Below are positions 48,841-58,212 of a stretch of 64,000 bases of DNA, one piece after another (the stretch's first letter is position 1; each line of letters opens with the position of its first letter). The stretch comes from Candidatus Binatia bacterium (GTDB lineage Bacteria > Desulfobacterota > Binatia > UBA9968 > JAJDTQ01). Location of the stretch: contig OY761465.1 of NCBI GenBank assembly GCA_963664535.1, positions 841,350 to 905,349 on the forward strand. The letters are read 5' to 3'. The notes under the pieces were generated by a model. It did no database searches. It was not told the DNA's origin and saw nothing but the letters and a program-made list of their open reading frames with translations. The translations under genes were made by a program, and so were the position numbers.

Positions 48841-50949
48841 TTAGATTTCCATCACCAGGTTGAGGTACCGATCCACGGTCACCCGCGCGCCCGGCGGCAC
48901 CGGGATGGTGGTGAAGGGCAACTCCAGGATGGCCGGGCCGGCCACCTCGTTGCCCGCCTTGAGCAGCGCGTTGTCGTACACCGGAGTCTCGATGAAGCCG
49001 CGCTCCGGCCGGGTGAAGTAGACGTTCCGCTTGCCCTTGACGGCCTGGGAGCCGTCGCCCTTCTCGACGGGCTGCGGCTTCAGCTCCGGCTTGGTCACCA
49101 GACCCACGGCGTCCACCCGGATGGCGCTGATCTCGATGCCGGCCTTGGTGTAGCCCGCGCCCACGCCGTAGAGTTCCTCGTACTTCGTCTCGAACATCTG
49201 CTGCAACTCCTGCAGCCGCTCGTCGGTCATGCGGTCCCAGGGCAGCGGGATCTCCACGCCGGCGGTCTGCCGCCGGTAGCGCATGGTGAAGAACCGGCGG
49301 TACTCCACCTGGTCGGCCTTGAAGCCCTCGCCGGTCATGGCTTCGCCGAGCTCCTTCTCGATGGTGTCGAGCCGCTCGTTGGGCCCCTCGGGCTGGGCCG
49401 GGAAAATGTACTGGCAGGTGATCACCCGCGTGTGGATGACGTCCGCCGAGGCCACGCCGAAAGCGGAGAACACCGGCGAGGTGGGGAAAATATAGATCTG
49501 GTTGATGCCGAGTTCGGCGGAGAAGCCGCCGGCGTGAACCGGCCCGGCGCCGCCGAAGGCGTAGATGACGAACTCCTCCGGCAGGTGGCCCGTGCGCACC
49601 ACCTGCTGGCGGATGAGGTCGGACATCTTGCTGTTGACGATGTCGTAGACACCGGCCGCGGCTTCGACGTTGCTCAGTCCCAACGGCTTGGCGATCTTCT
49701 CCTCCACGGCCTTCTCGGCCTTCTCCTTGTTGAGCGACTTGCGTCCGCCCAGGAAGTACTCGGGGTCGATGATGCCCAACACCAGGTCACAGTCGGTGAC
49801 CGTGACCTCTTCGCCGCCGGAGTCGTAACAGACGGGACCGGGGCTCGCGCCCGCGCTCTGGGGGCCCACCAGCAGCCGCCCGGTCTCCTCGTCCACCCGG
49901 GCGATGGTGCCGCCGCCGGCGCCGATGGACTGGATGTCGATGATGGGCTGCAGCATGCGGAACCGCTCGACGATAGGCTCCGCCGCGTAGCGCCAGTAGC
50001 CTTCGGTGATGAGGCCCACGTCGAAGCTGGTGCCGCCCATGTCCGCGGTAATGACGTTGGGGTGGCCCAGCAGGCCGGCCACGTAGGCCGACGCGATGGC
50101 GCCGCCGGCGGGGCCGGACTGGAGGTTCGACACCGGCGTGGCGTGCGCTCGGTGAGCCACGCCGCCGTTCCCCTGCATGATCAGGAAGGGCCCTTCCAGG
50201 CCGCCCTCTTCCAGCTTGGTCTGGAGGCCGCCGAGGTAGCGGTCCACGGTTGGGCCGAGGAAGCTGTTGATGATGGCCGTGTTGGCGCGCGCGTACTCGC
50301 CGGCCACCTGGGCCAGCTCGCTGCCGAAGGACCAGAACACCTTGTTGGACGGGTCGGCCTCCCGCGCCAGGGCGCGCACGTCGTCTTCATGCTTGGAGTT
50401 GGCCCAGGCGTGGAGCAGGCTCACCGCGATGGCCTCGCAGCCCTCCTCGTCCACGAGCTTGCGGATGGCGTCCATCACGTCCTGCCGTGACAGCGGCACC
50501 ACCACCTCGCCGCGGTAGTCGATGCGTTCGCGCACGCCCAGCACCCGCTCGCGCGGCACCAGGGGATCGGGCTTGGTAACCCAGGTAGCATGGCGGATCT
50601 CCTCCTCGGAGAGGCCGTCCACCCGGCCGATGGCGCGCATGATCTCGGTGGTGTCCTCGAAGCCGCGGGTGGTGATGAAGCCCACCTTCACGCCGGTGCG
50701 GGTGATCAGCGCGTTGGTGGCCACGGTGCTGCCGTGCTTGAACAGCACGGCCTGCTTGAGCAGATCCGCGCGGTCCACGTCCAGCACCCGCGACGCCTCG
50801 GTGAGGGCATCCATGACGCCCCGAGAAAACTCGTCCGGCGTCGTCGACGCCTTGGCGGTCCAAACCTCCCCGCTGGGAGACATGACGACCACGTCCGTAA
50901 AGGTTCCACCCGTGTCGATGCCGATGATGTAGTCTTTCGCTTCGGCCAT
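48841..50949 (-). CDS. hydantoinase A/oxoprolinase family protein (acetone-carboxylase beta-like)
   Basis: N-terminal IGIDTGGTFTDVV ATPase motif; second ADMGGTSFDV. Confidence 0.85.
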   Translation of the reverse strand: MAEAKDYIIGIDTGGTFTDVVVMSPSGEVWTAKASTTPDEFSRGVMDALTEASRVLDVDRADLLKQAVLFKHGSTVATNALITRTGVKVGFITTRGFEDTTEIMRAIGRVDGLSEEEIRHATWVTKPDPLVPRERVLGVRERIDYRGEVVVPLSRQDVMDAIRKLVDEEGCEAIAVSLLHAWANSKHEDDVRALAREADPSNKVFWSFGSELAQVAGEYARANTAIINSFLGPTVDRYLGGLQTKLEEGGLEGPFLIMQGNGGVAHRAHATPVSNLQSGPAGGAIASAYVAGLLGHPNVITADMGGTSFDVGLITEGYWRYAAEPIVERFRMLQPIIDIQSIGAGGGTIARVDEETGRLLVGPQSAGASPGPVCYDSGGEEVTVTDCDLVLGIIDPEYFLGGRKSLNKEKAEKAVEEKIAKPLGLSNVEAAAGVYDIVNSKMSDLIRQQVVRTGHLPEEFVIYAFGGAGPVHAGGFSAELGINQIYIFPTSPVFSAFGVASADVIHTRVITCQYIFPAQPEGPNERLDTIEKELGEAMTGEGFKADQVEYRRFFTMRYRRQTAGVEIPLPWDRMTDERLQELQQMFETKYEELYGVGAGYTKAGIEISAIRVDAVGLVTKPELKPQPVEKGDGSQAVKGKRNVYFTRPERGFIETPVYDNALLKAGNEVAGPAILELPFTTIPVPPGARVTVDRYLNLVMEI

Positions 50950-51367
50950 GCCTGTTCTTCCTCCCGATTGCGAAACTTGCTCAATTGCCTTCCCGGCCGG
51001 CGGCTGGGGATCCTCCCCCCGTAGGTCGGGTTAGCCGAAGGCGTAACCCGACAGGACATGGCAGTCCTGCGCCGGATTACACTCCGCTGATGCGACCTGC
51101 CTGGGACGGGAACCGTAGGGTGAAATGATCCCGGAACTTTGCCGCAGCCGGGTTGACGGCACTGAGGATATTAGCTAGCGCGTCTGGTCCGTGGATTCAA
51201 GGGATTGGGCAACAGCCGCCATGAGAGAAAACCTGGGAGCCTGGGACGGCATCGGGCTGAGCCAGATCCCGGACGTCGGCCAAGGACTTGCCATGACGAC
51301 CCTCGTTGCGCCCGAGGCTCGCTTAATTTCTCCTGGCCCTCATGATACTCTGTCTTCGGAGGTTCCC

Positions 51368-51568
51368 ATGACTACCATCACCATTACCCTTCCTGAAGAG
51401 CGTCTCGCCAAATTGCAAGAGATCGCTACCCGCTTTCATGTGAATACGGAAGATCTGGTACGGGTCGGCATCGAAGAACTCCTCACTCGCCCGGAAACCG
51501 ACGTCTTCCGCAGTGCAGTTACCGATACCTTGAAGAAGAATGCTGAGTTGTACAGACGTTTAGCCTAG
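51368..51568 (+). CDS. RHH (CopG/Arc-like) antitoxin of a Phd-Doc-type pair
   Basis: RBS GGAGG; 66 aa; 1-nt overlap with the doc start. Confidence 0.55.
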   Translation: MTTITITLPEERLAKLQEIATRFHVNTEDLVRVGIEELLTRPETDVFRSAVTDTLKKNAELYRRLA

Positions 51569-51972
51569 TGCATTCTCTAACGCTCAACGACGTACTGGAA
51601 TTGCACCGCCAAGTTGGAGCCCAGTCTGGCGGCGCAGTGGGAGTGCTTAGCTTGCCGGCTTTGGAATCCGCTCTTGCACAACCATGGATGACGTTCGCCG
51701 GAGCGGACCTGTATCCGACTCTGGTAGAGAAGGCTGCTGTGCTCGGCTACTCCTTGATCAGCAATCATCCATTCATCGACGGCAACAAACGTACCGGGCA
51801 TGCGGCGATGGAAGTGTTCCTGATGTTGAATGGTTGCGAGATCCACTCATCGGTAGACGAGCAAGAGCGAATCATTCTTGAGGTGGCGTCCGGGGCGATC
51901 GACCGAAAACAGTTTTCCGACTGGCTTCGTGCCCATGTCATGGAAAGAGAAGCGCGGAAGCGGAACCGCTAG
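51568..51972 (+). CDS. doc: Doc (death-on-curing) toxin, Fic family
   Basis: Fic motif HPFIDGNKRTGH; GTG start overlapping the antitoxin stop. Confidence 0.8.
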   Translation: MHSLTLNDVLELHRQVGAQSGGAVGVLSLPALESALAQPWMTFAGADLYPTLVEKAAVLGYSLISNHPFIDGNKRTGHAAMEVFLMLNGCEIHSSVDEQERIILEVASGAIDRKQFSDWLRAHVMEREARKRNR

Positions 51973-52031
51973 AGAGCTTTGACCTCCTACGTGCGGCGGG
52001 ACCCCAATGTTGAGATGTACAGCTTCATGGG

Positions 52032-52427
52032 CTATGGCCACACTCGTCGAACGTACGGACGAAAATCGTATCCGGTCCCCCCGCTTTTTACGTCTTGCAA
52101 GTATCGCTCCGTGGCACAAGATATTTCAAAATCAATCAGCCCTTCGTCCTGCCTCAATCTAAAGGTTCTTTCAGGATTCCGGATCGAGTTTGCTTCAATC
52201 GTCAACCAAACCAAGCCGGCGTTCCCCGCACACAGCAAGTTCAACTCCTGCTCGAATTTTTTCGGAGGAACGTTGAACCACCATACCTCCTTAGCTGAGT
52301 TAATGTTCGAAAAATGTGTATTGGTCCTGTCTAGAGCGTCATGCTGTAGGTACGAGTTCACTCGCTTTATGGCCGAATCTTTTCCATTGAATTGGCTTCC
52401 TTCGCCGTGCGGGGCTTCCTGCGGCAA
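52032..52427 (-). CDS. hypothetical protein (131 aa), low-GC orphan
   Basis: ~48% GC; coherent protein-like composition; no family recognised. Confidence 0.4.
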   Translation of the reverse strand: MPQEAPHGEGSQFNGKDSAIKRVNSYLQHDALDRTNTHFSNINSAKEVWWFNVPPKKFEQELNLLCAGNAGLVWLTIEANSIRNPERTFRLRQDEGLIDFEISCATERYLQDVKSGGTGYDFRPYVRRVWP

Positions 52428-52434
52428 CGCCCGT

Positions 52435-53175
52435 TCAGTTCATCACCAGCCCACCATTGACGTTGAGTGTATAACCGGTGATGTAGGTGTTTTGCGGGCT
52501 CACCAGAAAGTAGAACCCTTCGGCAATGTCCTCCGGCTGGCCGGTGCGCCCCAGGGGGATCAGCGGCTTCCACGCCTCGCGTGATTCCGGAGTGGCTCGT
52601 GCCAGCACCCGAGGCGTGTCCGTGGGGCCCGGGGCTACGGTATTGACCAGGACGCCGTAGGGCGCCAGCTCCTGGGCCAGGGATTTGGTGAACCCGATGA
52701 CGCCCGACTTGGCCGCCGAATAGGGCGTGCGCAGGGCGCAGCCGGTGAGTCCATAGTTGGACGCGGTGTTGACGATGCGGCCGCGCCGTTGCTCCATCAT
52801 CAGTGGCGCCACCTCCCGGCAGAAGAGGAAGGTCCCTTTCAGGTTGACGTCCAGGACCTCGCGCCACTCGGCCCAGGAAAGGTCCTCCACCGCTTTCGTG
52901 TGGATGGTGCCGCCGGCCAGGTTGGTGAGGATGTCGACGGAGCCGAACTCCTCGCGGACGCCCGCCACCACGTCCTTGATCGCCGCCGCCCGGGTCACGT
53001 CGACGGAATAGGCCCGGGCCTGCGCTCCCGCCGCCGCCAACTCGCTCACGACCCTGTCGGCGCCCTCCCGGTCGGCATCGGCGATGGCGACGGTGATGCC
53101 GGCGCGGGCGAAACGTAGAGCGACGCAACAGCCGATGCCGTTGCCGCCGCCGGAAATGATGGCTACGTCGCTCAA
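52435..53175 (-). CDS. SDR-family oxidoreductase
   Basis: TGGGNGIG cofactor motif; NNAG-like NLAG; catalytic YxxxK (YSAAK). Confidence 0.85.
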   Translation of the reverse strand: MSDVAIISGGGNGIGCCVALRFARAGITVAIADADREGADRVVSELAAAGAQARAYSVDVTRAAAIKDVVAGVREEFGSVDILTNLAGGTIHTKAVEDLSWAEWREVLDVNLKGTFLFCREVAPLMMEQRRGRIVNTASNYGLTGCALRTPYSAAKSGVIGFTKSLAQELAPYGVLVNTVAPGPTDTPRVLARATPESREAWKPLIPLGRTGQPEDIAEGFYFLVSPQNTYITGYTLNVNGGLVMN

Positions 53176-53268
53176 TTTGGGCTCCTTCCTTTGCCGTGGT
53201 GTGGACCGTGCACGGGTGACCGCGGGTCGCCCTTACGATCACCGCGAGCCGGTTTCCCGGACACGCTG

Positions 53269-54651
53269 CTAGAGGAAATCCTCCAACCGCACCGTACCCG
53301 CGCCCATGGGTTGCAGGCGCTCGAACTCGAACCGCCGCGCCGGGTCGCACTCCGGCGGCTTGGTGGCGTCGATCATCACCTTGCCGCCGAGGCGGTGCCA
53401 GCCGGGCGCGCCGGGGGCGCCCACCTCCGTGCACGAGGGGTCCATGGCGTGGATCTTGGCGCCGGGTATGGTGATGATGTCCTCGGCGGGGTTGACGCGC
53501 GTCGAGATGGCCCAGAGCACGTCGGCGTAGTTGAAGATGTCCACGTCCTCGTCCACCGCGATGGCCACCTTGGGATGCTGATACTCGCTGGACAGGGCGG
53601 CCATGAGCACGTTCCTGGCCTCGCCGTAGTAGCGCGCGTTCATCTGCACCACGAGGCCGAAGATGCCCGGCATCACCAGCACGTTCTTCACCTGGGCGCC
53701 GCCGCCGACGCTTCGCACCCGCCGGAGGATCTGCGCCGACATGGGCACCTTGTGGTAGACGCACCCTTCTACCTCGGCGCCGTTCTGGATGTTCTTGAAG
53801 ATGGCGTCGCCGCGCATGGTGATGGCGTTCACCTGGAACACGGGGTTCTGGCCCGCGCCCGCCAGGTAGTAGTCCTGAAACTCGCTGAAGGGACCTTCCT
53901 CCTCGCGCACGTGGGGCAGGATCTCGCCTTCCAGCACCACCTCGGCCTGGGCCGGCACCTCCATGTCGATGGTCTCGCACTTCACCATCTCCACCTCTTC
54001 CTGCAAGAGCCCCGAGGCGATGGTCAACTCGTCCCGGCCGTAGTCCGTGGTGGTGGCGGCGGCGAAATAGTACATGGGGTGGTGGCCGATCATGAAGGCC
54101 GCGGGCATGCCCTCGCCCCTGGATTCGTGCTTCTGGTAGTTGGCCCAGCCGTGGCGCGGGTAGAGCAGGATGCCTGTCTTTCGGGGTCCCTTCATCTGCA
54201 GGCGGTGGAAGCTCAGGTTGCGGTTGCCGGTGTCCGGATCCTTGGAAATCATCAGCCCCGCGGAGATGAAGGGGCCGCCGTCCCGGATGCCGCACTGGTG
54301 GATGGGCATCTTCGTGATGTCCACGTCGTCACCCTTGAGCACGCGCTCCTTGACCGGACCCGAAGACACCAGCCGGGTCGTGCCGGCCGTCTGCGTACGC
54401 CGGACGAACTCGGGCACCATCTCGTTGCGGTCAACGCCGAAGGCCAGCGGCGCCAGCCGCACGTCACCCGGCGCCTGCCCGAGGCAGCGCCAACCCGGAT
54501 AGCCGTCGAGGTTCTCGAACAGCAGCGCCCGTTCCCGGGACTGCCACAAAAGCGCTCCCATCTGCGTCCGCGGATCCACCGGCTTCGAGATGGCGTCGAG
54601 CACACCAGCGCCCCGCAACTGGTCGATCCAGGTGCGTATGTCCTTTTTCAT
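53269..54651 (-). CDS. UbiD-family (prFMN-dependent) decarboxylase
   Basis: 460 aa; UbiD-family conserved regions including the E-x-x-E metal/prFMN site context. Confidence 0.85.
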   Translation of the reverse strand: MKKDIRTWIDQLRGAGVLDAISKPVDPRTQMGALLWQSRERALLFENLDGYPGWRCLGQAPGDVRLAPLAFGVDRNEMVPEFVRRTQTAGTTRLVSSGPVKERVLKGDDVDITKMPIHQCGIRDGGPFISAGLMISKDPDTGNRNLSFHRLQMKGPRKTGILLYPRHGWANYQKHESRGEGMPAAFMIGHHPMYYFAAATTTDYGRDELTIASGLLQEEVEMVKCETIDMEVPAQAEVVLEGEILPHVREEEGPFSEFQDYYLAGAGQNPVFQVNAITMRGDAIFKNIQNGAEVEGCVYHKVPMSAQILRRVRSVGGGAQVKNVLVMPGIFGLVVQMNARYYGEARNVLMAALSSEYQHPKVAIAVDEDVDIFNYADVLWAISTRVNPAEDIITIPGAKIHAMDPSCTEVGAPGAPGWHRLGGKVMIDATKPPECDPARRFEFERLQPMGAGTVRLEDFL

Positions 54652-54721
54652 GAGATGTTTCGCCGTTGGGAATTCATGGCGGTCCGGCGCGCGAGCCGCG
54701 CCGGACCGCCATGGAGTTGGG

Positions 54722-55822
54722 CTATTTCTTGCGCGCCAGCAGCGCGGGGATGTACTCGTTCTTGAGCCAGTCCCACCCCGGCGAGGGCTGGAGCAGGGTC
54801 TTGGTGACCTTGTCCGCGTCGGGACCCTTGATGTAGTCCAGCTTGAGCCCGAAGATCTTCTCCCACTCCTTCACGTAAACGGGATCGGAGTACATCTTGT
54901 CGAAGGCGGCACGAATGGCGGCCACGCGGTCCGCGGGCGTGCCCGGAGGCACCACCAGCGTACGGTTCAGCGTCCGCAGAGTCGGACCGGTCAGCTTGTA
55001 CGCTTCCCATGCCGGGCCCGAGGGCGCCTCGCCCTTCACCTGCTTGTAGACTTCCTCGAAGGTCGGGATGTCGGTGCCGGGAGAGCGGATGACTTTCCCG
55101 TCGGGAGTCAACACGCCACCCTGCCAGATGGCGACGGCGACCCCTTCCTGAATGGAGGAATAGTACCGGCCCCCGCTGCCGAGCACGTGATGCAGCCCGG
55201 TGCCGCCCACGTAGGAGACCTCTCCCGACAGGAACGCAAGGGCCATCTGGGCGGTGCCGGGATAGCCAACCGCGAACTTGTAGCCCTCGATGCCCAGCAG
55301 GTCGAGCCCGATGGCGTCGTTCAGGAAGGACGATCCGGTGATGGAACGCCCGGAAACCGCGATCTTCTTGGGATCGATCTTGGTCAGATCGAGACCGGTC
55401 TTGACCTTGAGAAAATCCCGGACGATAGCCGCGGAGGCGCCGCTGGTGGAGTAGATCGCCGGCATCTTCGTCAGGTCGAAGTTGGGCTTCGGCTCCTTCA
55501 GGACCGAACTGCTCAGGTGAGTGGTGCCCATGATGGACCAGGTGAGGCCGTCCTTCTTGGCCTTATGGTGGACGTAGGCGCCGTGAATCAGGCCGGACGC
55601 GCCGGGCATGTTGATCTTGACCACCTTCTTGGGCATGCCGGGAAGGTACTTGCCGATGCGGCGGGCGATGAGCCGGCCTTCGGTATCGTGCCCGCCGCCG
55701 GGCGAATAGCCGGAAAGGATCTGGATTCTCTTGCCTTCGGTGAAGGCATGCGCCGAGCCCAAGGCGAGAACCCCCAACACCGCACAGCACACGAACAACA
55801 ACGAAACTCTGCGTAGGGTCAT
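54722..55822 (-). CDS. tctC: tripartite tricarboxylate transporter substrate-binding protein (TctC/Bug family)
   Basis: signal peptide; SGYSPGGGHDTEGRLIA... matches the TctC N-terminal binding motif. Confidence 0.75.
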   Translation of the reverse strand: MTLRRVSLLFVCCAVLGVLALGSAHAFTEGKRIQILSGYSPGGGHDTEGRLIARRIGKYLPGMPKKVVKINMPGASGLIHGAYVHHKAKKDGLTWSIMGTTHLSSSVLKEPKPNFDLTKMPAIYSTSGASAAIVRDFLKVKTGLDLTKIDPKKIAVSGRSITGSSFLNDAIGLDLLGIEGYKFAVGYPGTAQMALAFLSGEVSYVGGTGLHHVLGSGGRYYSSIQEGVAVAIWQGGVLTPDGKVIRSPGTDIPTFEEVYKQVKGEAPSGPAWEAYKLTGPTLRTLNRTLVVPPGTPADRVAAIRAAFDKMYSDPVYVKEWEKIFGLKLDYIKGPDADKVTKTLLQPSPGWDWLKNEYIPALLARKK

Positions 55823-55874
55823 GCGATTCCTCCCTTTCGAGAACGGATGGGACGCCTCTCCGTTCACCCGGACG

Positions 55875-56957
55875 CTACTTGGCGCCGACGAACTTGCGGA
55901 GATGGGTCTGCCACTCGGCGGGCGCCATGGTCTCGTCGCGGATCTTGGACGCATCCTTCGGCGTCACCAGCACCGGAGCGAGCTTCTGGCCGAAGACCCT
56001 CTCCCAGTCCTTGATGAAACCCGGGTCCTTGGACATCTTCCCCACCGCCTCGCGCAACTCCCCGACCTTGGCTCCGGCGATGCCCGGAGGCAGCACCAGG
56101 GTACGGGTCAGGTTCGAGATGCCGAGCCCGATGGCGCGCCACGCCTCCCAATCGGGACCCGAAGGCTCTTTCTTGTGGACCGCCTTGAACACCTCGTACA
56201 GCGTGGGGACGTCCCCCTTGACCGTGGCGGACCGCGCGATGGAACCATCGGCCTTGAGGATGCCGCTCTGGTACATCGGGAACACCAGGCCGCGTTTGTG
56301 CAGGTCCACGAACGCGCCGCCCCCCACCAAGTGGGCGTCGCTGGCCACGAAGTAACTCACCTCGCTCCGTTCCATGGCGGCCCTGATGGGAGACGTTCCC
56401 CCGTAGGCGCACACCGCCGTGTACTTTTCGACACCCAGGAGCCGCAGGGCCAACTGGCCGCGCAGGCACGAGGAGCCCTGCTTGGAGCGGCCGGCCACGA
56501 CGATCTTCGAACGGTCGACCTTGGTCAGCAGATCGTTGGCATTCTTCGCTCCGAGAAAATCCCGGGTCAGATGGACCTGGATGCCGGCGACGGACCAGAC
56601 GATCGGCATCTTGGAAAGGTCGTACTTGACCATCTCCGGCGGCGCCAGCACCGCCTGCAGCCCGTGGCTGCTGCCGAAGAGGCCGATGGTCTGCCCGTCC
56701 GGCTTGGCCCGGTTGTAGACGTAGGACGACATGATCATGCCGCCGGCTCCCGGCATGTTCTGGACGATGACTTTCGGGTTTCCGGGAAGGTATTTCCCGA
56801 GGTAGCGCCCCATGACGCGCGCCTCGATGTCGTGGCCTCCGCCGGGCGGATAACCGATCAGGATGGTTACGGTCTTGGCCGCCGCCGTCGTGGTCAACAC
56901 GGCGAAGAGCAGTAGAAAGAACACGGTGCACCAACTCGCCACTCTCGATCGCTTCAT
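55875..56957 (-). CDS. tctC: TctC/Bug family substrate-binding protein (tandem paralog)
   Basis: YPPGGGHDIEARVMG... ; RBS GAGGAGG. Confidence 0.75.
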   Translation of the reverse strand: MKRSRVASWCTVFFLLLFAVLTTTAAAKTVTILIGYPPGGGHDIEARVMGRYLGKYLPGNPKVIVQNMPGAGGMIMSSYVYNRAKPDGQTIGLFGSSHGLQAVLAPPEMVKYDLSKMPIVWSVAGIQVHLTRDFLGAKNANDLLTKVDRSKIVVAGRSKQGSSCLRGQLALRLLGVEKYTAVCAYGGTSPIRAAMERSEVSYFVASDAHLVGGGAFVDLHKRGLVFPMYQSGILKADGSIARSATVKGDVPTLYEVFKAVHKKEPSGPDWEAWRAIGLGISNLTRTLVLPPGIAGAKVGELREAVGKMSKDPGFIKDWERVFGQKLAPVLVTPKDASKIRDETMAPAEWQTHLRKFVGAK

Positions 56958-57170
56958 GATCCGTTTTACCTCCTCAACAGCGGCCACCGGCCGCCGGGAC
57001 CCGGCTGAACCAGCCGGGCAAAGCCGGGCCTTGAACGCAAACGGGCCGAGGACTCGAGTTCAAACCGAGATCCTCAGCCCGTCTGAAATTGACGGCCACT
57101 CCTTCCGGAGCCGACCTGCATCGAGAGTGTCCCTGGCACGAAACCAGGGACGCTCTTTCCGCATGCAAAC

Positions 57171-57566
57171 CTATTTCTTGGCCTTGGGAATCGACAGCTT
57201 GGCCTTGGCCAAGGTGTTGCCGTCCGCATCCACCAACATGACCTCGTGGTCGCCGGGCTTCAGCAGCCGCTTGATGGTCCGTCCCCGGATCCCCCACGTG
57301 GTGGCCACCATGCCCTTGTCGTCCGCCTTCTCGACGGCAGGCTTCGCCAGGAAGCTCACGTCCGACAGCACGCCGCCCATCATGGTGCGGATACCCACCT
57401 CTTGGCCAGCCTTGAGGCCCTCCGCGGAGATCTTGACCTGCAGCCGGCCCTTCTTCACGTCGCCCACGTCCACCATGAGCTTGGGGCCCATCGCCATGGC
57501 GACCGTCGACAGCAGAAACAACGCTCCCAAGGCCGCTGCCAAACCGACTAGACTTTTCCTTGCCAT
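57171..57566 (-). CDS. small secreted hypothetical protein
   Basis: signal peptide; Lys-rich; 131 aa. Confidence 0.4.
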   Translation of the reverse strand: MARKSLVGLAAALGALFLLSTVAMAMGPKLMVDVGDVKKGRLQVKISAEGLKAGQEVGIRTMMGGVLSDVSFLAKPAVEKADDKGMVATTWGIRGRTIKRLLKPGDHEVMLVDADGNTLAKAKLSIPKAKK

Positions 57567-57675
57567 ACGTTACCTCCCTTTGGTTTTTTGCTCCGCTGAT
57601 CCAGACGGCTCCTTTTATACGTAAGCCTTGCGGCAAATGTCAAGTGCCATCTTGACCCAAATTCCGGCCCCGCAA

Positions 57676-58212
57676 TCAAATGGGAACCAGACCCGACAAG
57701 TACCTCTCCACCAGCCCCAGAATGAACTCTTGAGGCCCGTTAATCAACCCCGGCGGCCACGGGATGTGCAGCACCATCTCGAAGACCCCGATCATGAACA
57801 CCGTCATCACCAGCATGTAGGTCACGGCGACCTTCCACGACTCGCCGGCCTGAATGCCCAGGTAGAGGAGCAGGAAGAGCGGAACGCTGAGGATGAACCC
57901 GATGATCCAGATGGACAGGTAGAGGCCGACGATCCATGCGAAGATGTTGATGGCGCGTCTGATCACCACCGCTACCGGAACGCTGCGATCCACCGGCAGG
58001 TCCATCATGCCCGCCACGTCCTCGTCTCCGTCCTTGCCGCGAAACAGGTCCAGGCCGAGTTGCAGGAAACACAGCAGCATCGTGGGAATGCCGATGGCCC
58101 ATGGAAACAGCCGCGCCTGGTATTGCCACTGCTTGGCGGTCATCACCAGGCCGACCATCAGCAGCAGGACGACGACGGTGAACAACGCCCCGGGGTTGGC
58201 CTTAAACTTCAT
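57676..58212 (-). CDS. tctB: TctB-family small membrane subunit
   Basis: four or five TM helices; position and overlap with tctA. Confidence 0.6.
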   Translation of the reverse strand: MKFKANPGALFTVVVLLLMVGLVMTAKQWQYQARLFPWAIGIPTMLLCFLQLGLDLFRGKDGDEDVAGMMDLPVDRSVPVAVVIRRAINIFAWIVGLYLSIWIIGFILSVPLFLLLYLGIQAGESWKVAVTYMLVMTVFMIGVFEMVLHIPWPPGLINGPQEFILGLVERYLSGLVPI

